Origin: Octopus sinensis
Taxonomy: Eukaryota
Length of the DNA stretch: 64,000 nt
Direction of reading: 5' to 3'
NCBI RefSeq assembly: GCF_006345805.1
Contig: NC_043011.1
Coordinates: 55,688,464-55,752,463, forward strand
The notes beneath the pieces are model-generated. The model ran no database searches. It saw nothing but the letters and a program-made list of their open reading frames with translations, and had not been told where the DNA came from. Position numbers and translations under genes: made by a program. Positions 56,886-64,000 of the stretch are shown in pieces (position 1 is the first letter of the stretch; each line of letters opens with the position of its first letter).

Positions 56886-59352
56886 AGTAAGGGATTCTGC
56901 CTAATTTGGTCAGACAGAACCGTCATGAATTTATAAAATATCTGTGATTCCATGACGAACTAAAATGTTAAACCCAAAATAAGACGGTTTTAAAATAAAT
57001 TTTGTGTGAATGATAAAGGAATGAAGTAGCAACCAATAGTTTCATTGTTTCTTATTTTGGTTCCGTAAACAGCTGACAACTGTGTTGCCTTCCTCTATAA
57101 TACTTATTTACACCCTTGCATCTTGGACTCTTTGAGGATTGGAGAATGGCTGAAAAAAAATCACTGAATTGTAACAGAGAGCAAATTCAAGGGATGGTAA
57201 AATATTCGGTAAAATGGTCTTTTTTTTTTAGTTATTTTTAAAATTTTGGCAAATGATAACTAAAATAACAATAGAAAAAATACAGCCATGATACGAAATG
57301 GCTCTGAGTCCCAGAAGGATTTTTTCCAATAACAAACAAGTAAATATAACAATTTAAATAAATTTAAAAACAAAAAAACTATTTGTAATCCATGCTTTTC
57401 AAGAGCATTTCATCAGACTAAAGTAACGAAAAATAAAACTGCTACAATTAATTACTTTGATTCTAACAAAGTACATGGATTGTTTTAAGATAAAATTGTT
57501 GTTGAAAATATTTATGAGACAGAGGGAACTAAGCAAAAAAAAAAGAGTTATCTAAAAAGAAACCGATTAAGAAATATTTAATTTCCTTAAATAAACGAAA
57601 TGTAAATTATAAAGTACCAGGTAGAAATTAGTTATTTTGGTCCCCTTTTTTTATTTAACGTCATTCACATAAATAGTTTTACATTTGTAAATAAGGGTTA
57701 TTCAAGTCTGTGGCATCAAAATATCCCATCCTAGAAATTAGTCAACTTTATAACAATTTCCTTTACAAAAAAAAAAAAAAAAAGAAGCAAATCTCATGAT
57801 GTTTGTTATGCAAATTGTTTGTCGAAATGCTGTACAATTCCTTTGGTAGCAGCAAAGTCTGTGAAAAGCTTTAACAGACATTATATATATTTATAAATCT
57901 GCCTTCCATGTGGCAATCTGAAGAAAGCTGTTGAATAATAAAAAAACCTAAAAAACTCATTGTTTTTTCCTTCAGTTTAGAAATTAATTCGACCATATAA
58001 CTTATATCCATCAAAGCTGAATACTTAAAGACAGAAATTTATGATCAAACATTTTTCTAATGTTAAAAAAAAAAGAAAACAAGTCTATGAGTCACTTAGC
58101 TGAGAGGAATTTCTGCCATTCAAATAACTTTGTGAATCTTTTAAGTTCCTGCTACAGAATTTATTGGAATCCAGAAGAACAATTAATAATATCCATGAGA
58201 TCTGCTGAAATGGTTCAGGAGCGATGGGAAGAAACTCAGTTAAAGTTAAAAAATCAATCATAATAACAACAATAACAGTAATAATAATAATAAAACCCAT
58301 TTGTATGACAGCTTTTGTGGTATTTTGCCCTGACATTTTAATTACTAGAAAGACAAAATGTCAGAAACTAAGAATCAGTTGACTTTTGCAATAGAAAGCT
58401 CAGTTGTGTCCAAAGGGAAGTCGTCCTTGAACCAAGCTGTTGCAGGAAAGTAACAAGTGTTAAAGAAACAGCAGAAATAGTTATTATTATTATTATTATT
58501 ATTGTGGTGTGAAGGTAGGTGAAAATATCTTCTTATCAGTGATATGACTAGAAAAGCTGATTTTTTTTTTTTTTTTGGTTTTTCTTTCGACATACAAAGA
58601 GAAGCTGTTGAAAAGGTGGGAACCAGCTAAAGTTGTTGTTGTTGTTGATAATAACATTTGTTGCTACTGAGGCTGTGGTACTTCATTGAGGCCAGCTGGG
58701 TGCTGTTTGATGCAGCAGTGAAGTTGCACTAGAAATTCTGTTGTCCGTTTGGTTTAGTAGCAGCAGCTTTGGTGGGATTAAAAATGGCAGCAAGGATAGA
58801 ATGCTGCAGACTGGTGGAGACTATTCGTAATGTTTGTTGTGGGCTGTTATCAGCAGAACTAGTTGTTTGAGCTGGAATTTGCTGGAATATCAGGAAAGAA
58901 ACTGTTCTTCTGTGAGCGTTCTTGACAAACAGTTTTTGGGTTGAGTTTCATCAATCGGTCCAATCTGCAGCAAAGTCAAAATGATAAGCAGACACCTTAG
59001 TGACTATACAAATAATAATATTAATAATATAAGCAAATACATAACAAACAAAAATATAAAAGAGAGAGAGAGAGAGAGACAAGGGACTGCTATTTCTATA
59101 AACTTCATTAAGATTTATTACTTTAAGCAGAAAACTGAAAGTTTATAAACTAATAAAGATTTAATATTTGTTCACAATATGAGAAAATAAACTGAGAAAT
59201 GGTTTGATAAATGGTCTTATAAAGAAAACATACAAGAATTGATGTTAAGAAAATGAATTCAGTTTAACGAGAAAAAGAAAAGTAAACAAATTTTTGAATA
59301 AAATAGCATTATCGAACTTGTTAATACTTTTTTTAAAAAATAAAGCCAACAA

Positions 59353-59632
59353 ATATTGTTGTATTTAGGAATGGTCATTTTGCCAGTTTAGCCAATAAAA
59401 ACACAAGTACTATATATTTGGTGCTAATTTGCTTCAGTGTTATTTACTTTTTACATTAATCTTAATCTTATTTCAGCCAGAGTTCTTTCGTCACACTCCT
59501 GTGACCTCATCAGTGGTCCTTTGCTTTCTTATTTGTGTCTCTCCCTACTAACAGTCAGCTATTTTGTATATATAGTGCGTGTGTTTTTATTGGCTAAACT
59601 GGCAAAATGACCATTCCTAAATACAACAATAT
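59353..59632. repeat. 65-bp inverted repeat with a hammerhead-like core in the spacer
   Basis: Arms 59353-59417 and 59568-59632 (63/65 complementary); minus-strand CTGATGA-G-GTCACA-GGAG-TGTGAC-GAAA at 59513-59486. Confidence 0.85.
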
Positions 59633-60649
59633 CTGTTTCAACACATGATTTCACATCGAAAATCTTGCAAGACAAATATATAAACGTAACAAAGTCAACA
59701 AACATTGCAATAAATTCTTTAGATGATTTTTGTTGTTTTACAAAATTATTATTCAAATCATTAAAAAGCGAAAAGAAAAGAAAAACCACGGTGATGGCTA
59801 CATTTCAAGCAAATATTTTTGCAGATCTCTTCAGCAAACTATTAGATTGAACAGGAAATATCTCTCTAGTTGGCTACCTCCATGCAACCAGTGTGTTTGC
59901 TAAAGATGGTCGAAAAAGATAATTAGCTAAAAGAAAGCTATATACTTTCTATTAACTTCGTTTATTATTATGAAATACTTGGCATAAAATATTTGTGCAA
60001 CTGCTTCGTAAGATTAATCATTAAAGATAATCATCCACTGCATGGAGGGATTGAACCTGTTTCTATTGCTTTACTCTCTTAAAAGATCTGGAAGGTAAAC
60101 AAGGAATCAGACATCCTTAAAAATATTCTTTGAATCAGCAACACAATACACTTTTGTCAGTGATGGAAAGCCCACCTCTAAACCCCTACTTCATGTTCCT
60201 TATGTCACACAAAAGGGATAATGGTTATGGTCACCAGTTGTAGAGGCATGGAGGTATCCTTATTCCTGCAAACCTAGCAAGCCATCATGTCTAAGGTGTG
60301 TGGAAAGACTTGTTACATCTGAAAGTCATCCATTGATTGTTATCTCCCACTGAAAGATTATAAGAACAACTTACTTGAGGAAAACAGTCCCATACCTTTA
60401 TGCAATACTTCTGCACTTTCCAGGAATGATTTCAGAAACTAATGCTTAATTCTTCTCGTAGATTAAGGCACTGTATCCCAAGGTGAAAATTAAAGTCAGT
60501 CAGTCAAAACATTTTGCAACTTTTAGTGTTGTTTAGACTTTCAGCAGTGAACTCCATGGCCTTGTGGCACCTATTTCTCTGCTTTATATCACATTTGTAT
60601 TATTTTAAATATAATGAAATTATTGTATACAGTGCTCAGGTGCACCACA

Positions 60650-60903
60650 AAAATAAATGCGCCCTTTTAAAGCCTAGCCAGGTTCATGGGCCCGATTTCC
60701 TGGTTTCAATGGCGTATGTGTTTCCCAGCTGGACGGGACGTCAGTCCATCGCAGCGTTACTCATTTTTGCCAGCTGAGTGGACTGGAGCAACATGAAATG
60801 AAGTGTTCTGCTCAAGAACACAACACGTCGCCCGGTCCAGGAATCGAAACCACAATCTTATGCTCATGATGCTGATACCCTAACCACTAAGCCACGTGCC
60901 TCC
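60650..60903 (-). mobile_element. SINE family E
   Basis: Highly similar to 6574-6823. Confidence 0.82.
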
Positions 60904-61058
60904 TTGAAATTCTGCATCAAACACTTGAGGAAATCTTACAATTTAAGGAATGCTAGCCTAAAGAATTCTTTGTCTGTCTCATATTTGTACATCTCATTAA
61001 TCTGTCTGAGATTTCTGGAAATCCTTAGATCAATAATGCATTCTCTATGACCCTCCCC

Positions 61059-61093
<35 letters not shown>

Positions 61094-61447
61094 AAAACTT
61101 TACTCTCATTGCCAAAGTGTTACAACACATCACATTTTATAACACAAATTCTATAAAAATAATATTTTAGGCTAGATTTTCTTTTCTTTTTTTCAATATA
61201 CATGAATTTTATAAAAAAAATATTTGCAGCTAAAAATTTGGTGATACAGCTTTAGTAAAGCAAGGACAAAATGAAAGGAAGAAAAATATACAAAGCAGTA
61301 AATAAAAATGGTAAAATGACTTTGTTAGAAAAACATTTATTAAGATATTAGTGAAACGAAGCAAGCAACTAGACAGGTCGTTAGCTAAGGTTAAGCAGAC
61401 TAATACAAACAACAGCAGACTGGACAGACGGTGGACATGTATGTTAC

Positions 61448-61539
61448 CTGTTAATCATCTTGGTGCTAAGAATGTGGTGGGTGAGGAGGGGGTAGAAGGT
61501 GTAGAATTGGAGTGGTAACTGGAGTAGTGTTCATCATAC
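61448..61539 (-). other. Putative stop-containing exon of an unidentified minus-strand gene (YDEHYSSYHSNSTPSTPSSPTTFLAPR*)
   Basis: Long pyrimidine tract plus gaag| acceptor; CAG|gtaaca donor; TGA 7 nt before the donor; no homology recognised. Confidence 0.4.
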
Positions 61540-62049
61540 CTTCAAATGAATGGGAGATGAAATTGATGAAATCAAAAAAATAAAAGTAGATATTATTTAC
61601 ATTTACTTGATAAAATTGAAAATTTTATTAAATTAGATTTCATCCAAGTCAGCTTCAATCAAGAAGACCCACTAAGGACTACTTTATTTCATGTGTTTTT
61701 TTTAAATGGTGTAGTTTGGGCGAGATTTAGCTGCTATTTCTAGATGGTTAAGTGACTTTGCTCTCTCATTGACTTATTTTATTCAAGAGTATAATTGCGA
61801 GAGAGTCTTTGTAACATTAGAAAGAAATCCCCAACAATGAGTTTCATGGAAAAACTTGGACCAGCTTTGTGCAGTCAAATAGCATTTGTTAATAAAAGAA
61901 CAACAAAAAATTCTCCAGAGAACTGCGAGTTACTTTATTGCTGTTGATTAAAACCCCTAAGAAAGCTGATCCCAGAGAAACAATCAAATAAAGCAATCAA
62001 CAGCTTTCCCTGTGATGATTTCTATCCTTATTAACTGTGTCAGTATCAT

Positions 62050-62457
62050 GATATGATCGTTACCAGCGTCGCCTTACTGGCACTTGTGCTAGTAGGGTGC
62101 CAAGAGCACCATCCGAGCGTGATCGTTGCCAGAGCAGCCAACTGGCTTCCGTACCTGTGGCACATAAAAGGGCACCATTCGAGTGTGATCGTTACCAACA
62201 TCGCTTCACTGGCACATGTAAAAAGATTCAAACGAGGTCGTTGCCAGTATCACCCGACTGGCCCCTGTGCTGGTGGCATGTAAAAAGCACCCACTACACT
62301 CTCGGAGTGGTTGGCGTTAGTAAGGGCATCCAGCTGTAGAAACTCTGCCAGATCAAGACTGGAGCCTGGTGCAGCCATCTGGTTCGCCAGCCCTCAGTCA
62401 AAATCGTCCAACCCATGCTAGCATGGAAAACGGACGTTAAACGATGATGATGATGAG
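62050..62457 (+). mobile_element. SINE family A
   Basis: Core plus tail. Confidence 0.85.
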
Positions 62458-62469
62458 AGCTCTTATGTG

Positions 62470-62790
62470 AAGGTGGGTGGCTCAGTGGTTCGGGTATTTG
62501 ACTCAAGACTGCAAGGTCATGTGTTCAATTCCTGGCAATGCATTGTGTCCTTGAGCAAGACACTTTACTTCATGTTGCTCTAGTTCACTCAGCTGGCAAA
62601 AAAAAAAAGAGTTGTACTTGTATTTCAAAGGACCAGCCTTGCCACATTCTGTGTTGCATTTCCCAGTGAACTATGTTAAGGGTACACATGTCTGTGGAAG
62701 GCTTGGCCACTGGCATGCGGATTTCATGAGCAGGCTGTGTTCCAGTGATCGATCATGTGGAACCCACATCGTCATCAGAAGTAACAGAGT
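62470..62790 (+). mobile_element. tRNA-derived SINE, diverged
   Basis: TGGCTCAGTGG...GTTCAATTCC head and GTGTCCTTGAGCAAGACACTT core. Confidence 0.7.
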
Positions 62791-64000
62791 GATGCTTTTA
62801 CGGTCCTTAATGTGAAGTTGCAACAGATGATGTTTACAGAGTCTCAATAGCTTGACAGACATCATAGTTGTTTCAGAAAATGATAGAAATCAGAGTACAC
62901 TGGTTAAGACTGAAGATGTTCCTTTATTCTTTTAAACAAGCAACTTTGAAGATATAAAAATTGAGATTATGATAATTAAACCTCAAACGATCTTCACACC
63001 AACTTCTTCCCTTATCTTTCTCTCTCATTTTACCTTAAATTCTATAAACGGTACCCACCGCCATTAACATAATGTTTGTGCTTCTGGTTCATGATTGAGA
63101 AAACTTTTGGCTGACACTAATTTCTCTTACCTATTGTTATGTCTATGTAGTTCAAAATCAATTAAGATATTCACCTGGTGGCAGAGCTTTATTCATGGTG
63201 AGTTTGACACAGGATAAATTAGTATCAATACATGTTGCCTATATCTGTGTTATTTTATCAGGGATCAGGGCCCTGACTTCTGACAGCAGAGTTCCATAGA
63301 AGGAATCAAGCTCATAAATGCCAGTTAATTAAAAGAAATTCACTAATTATAAAGTGCAACTATTCCTGATGGGGAACTGCTTCTCAAATGAAATAGAACT
63401 GTCTTGGACATAATCATGATACAAAACTAATGTCAGGATATATTAAGTGTATGGCCAGTGGTCTTCGGACATTTTACAAATTCTACATCTCTACTCTTTT
63501 GTTCTATGTACATGAAGAGAAATGTCAATATTAAGAAAAAAAAACCTAAATTCAGTTATTATTGCTTTTTCATTTAGACTTATTAATTTTTAGACAATTA
63601 TTAATATTTTACAATGTTCCCAATGAAAGCTAAAACAAAAATTGTCACATGATAAAGGAAACGTAGAAGAAATGGTTTTGGGTGAAAAGAATCGGATGTC
63701 ATTAATATCATTCTTGAAAACATTAGAGGAAGCTTTGCATTCCAGTTATTTAATTAGTTTAACTTCAACATGTCAACTTTTAGTAAACTTGAAAATAGAT
63801 TTGTGTTTCCATGCAAAGACACACTTTAATCAGCCCTTATGCCGCATGCCGTGAATGTCTTCTCTAAATAAAGACCATTACAAACGCAAACAAAATCTAA
63901 GAAAATTATTCCAGCCCTGCACCTGTTGAAAATATATTCAATGACTCCATTTGACTAACAATGGAATTACTGGCTTTAGATTATTGGTTTTATGTGCCTT

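Noticed and set aside
62671-63238. Coding exons of the right-hand gene (ORF 62671-62865; candidate exon ~63175-63238)
   Set aside because: The ORF overlaps a SINE, and I could not link the candidate exon in frame or recognise its peptide.

Overview
This is AT-rich, intron- and repeat-dense eukaryotic DNA. The SINE and microsatellite complement looks like an octopus genome (inferred from recognition only; no database search was run). Two spliced genes sit head-to-head, with ATGs 527 bp apart. LYRM7/MZM1L (complex III Rieske-protein chaperone) is on the minus strand: 5 coding exons, 19443->11951, 114 aa. A TMEM232 homologue (flagellar/ciliary protein) is on the plus strand: 15 coding exons, 19970->50169, ~732 aa, with one GC-AG intron. 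Their shared promoter carries an RFX X-box. A third, unidentified minus-strand gene may end near 58.6-61.5 kb. Most other sequence is transposon-derived: at least four SINE families, CR1 and RTE LINE fragments, a decayed full-length Chapaev3-type transposon, two Helitron-type elements, and Merlin-, piggyBac-, hAT-like and foldback MITEs. The least expected signal is a dispersed set of Penelope-type minimal hammerhead ribozyme motifs: three with a complete core and three remnants. Three of the six lie inside 39-99 bp inverted repeats, and all six lie on the sense strand of the host intron (one host gene is putative). Almost none of the ORFs in the supplied track are real genes.
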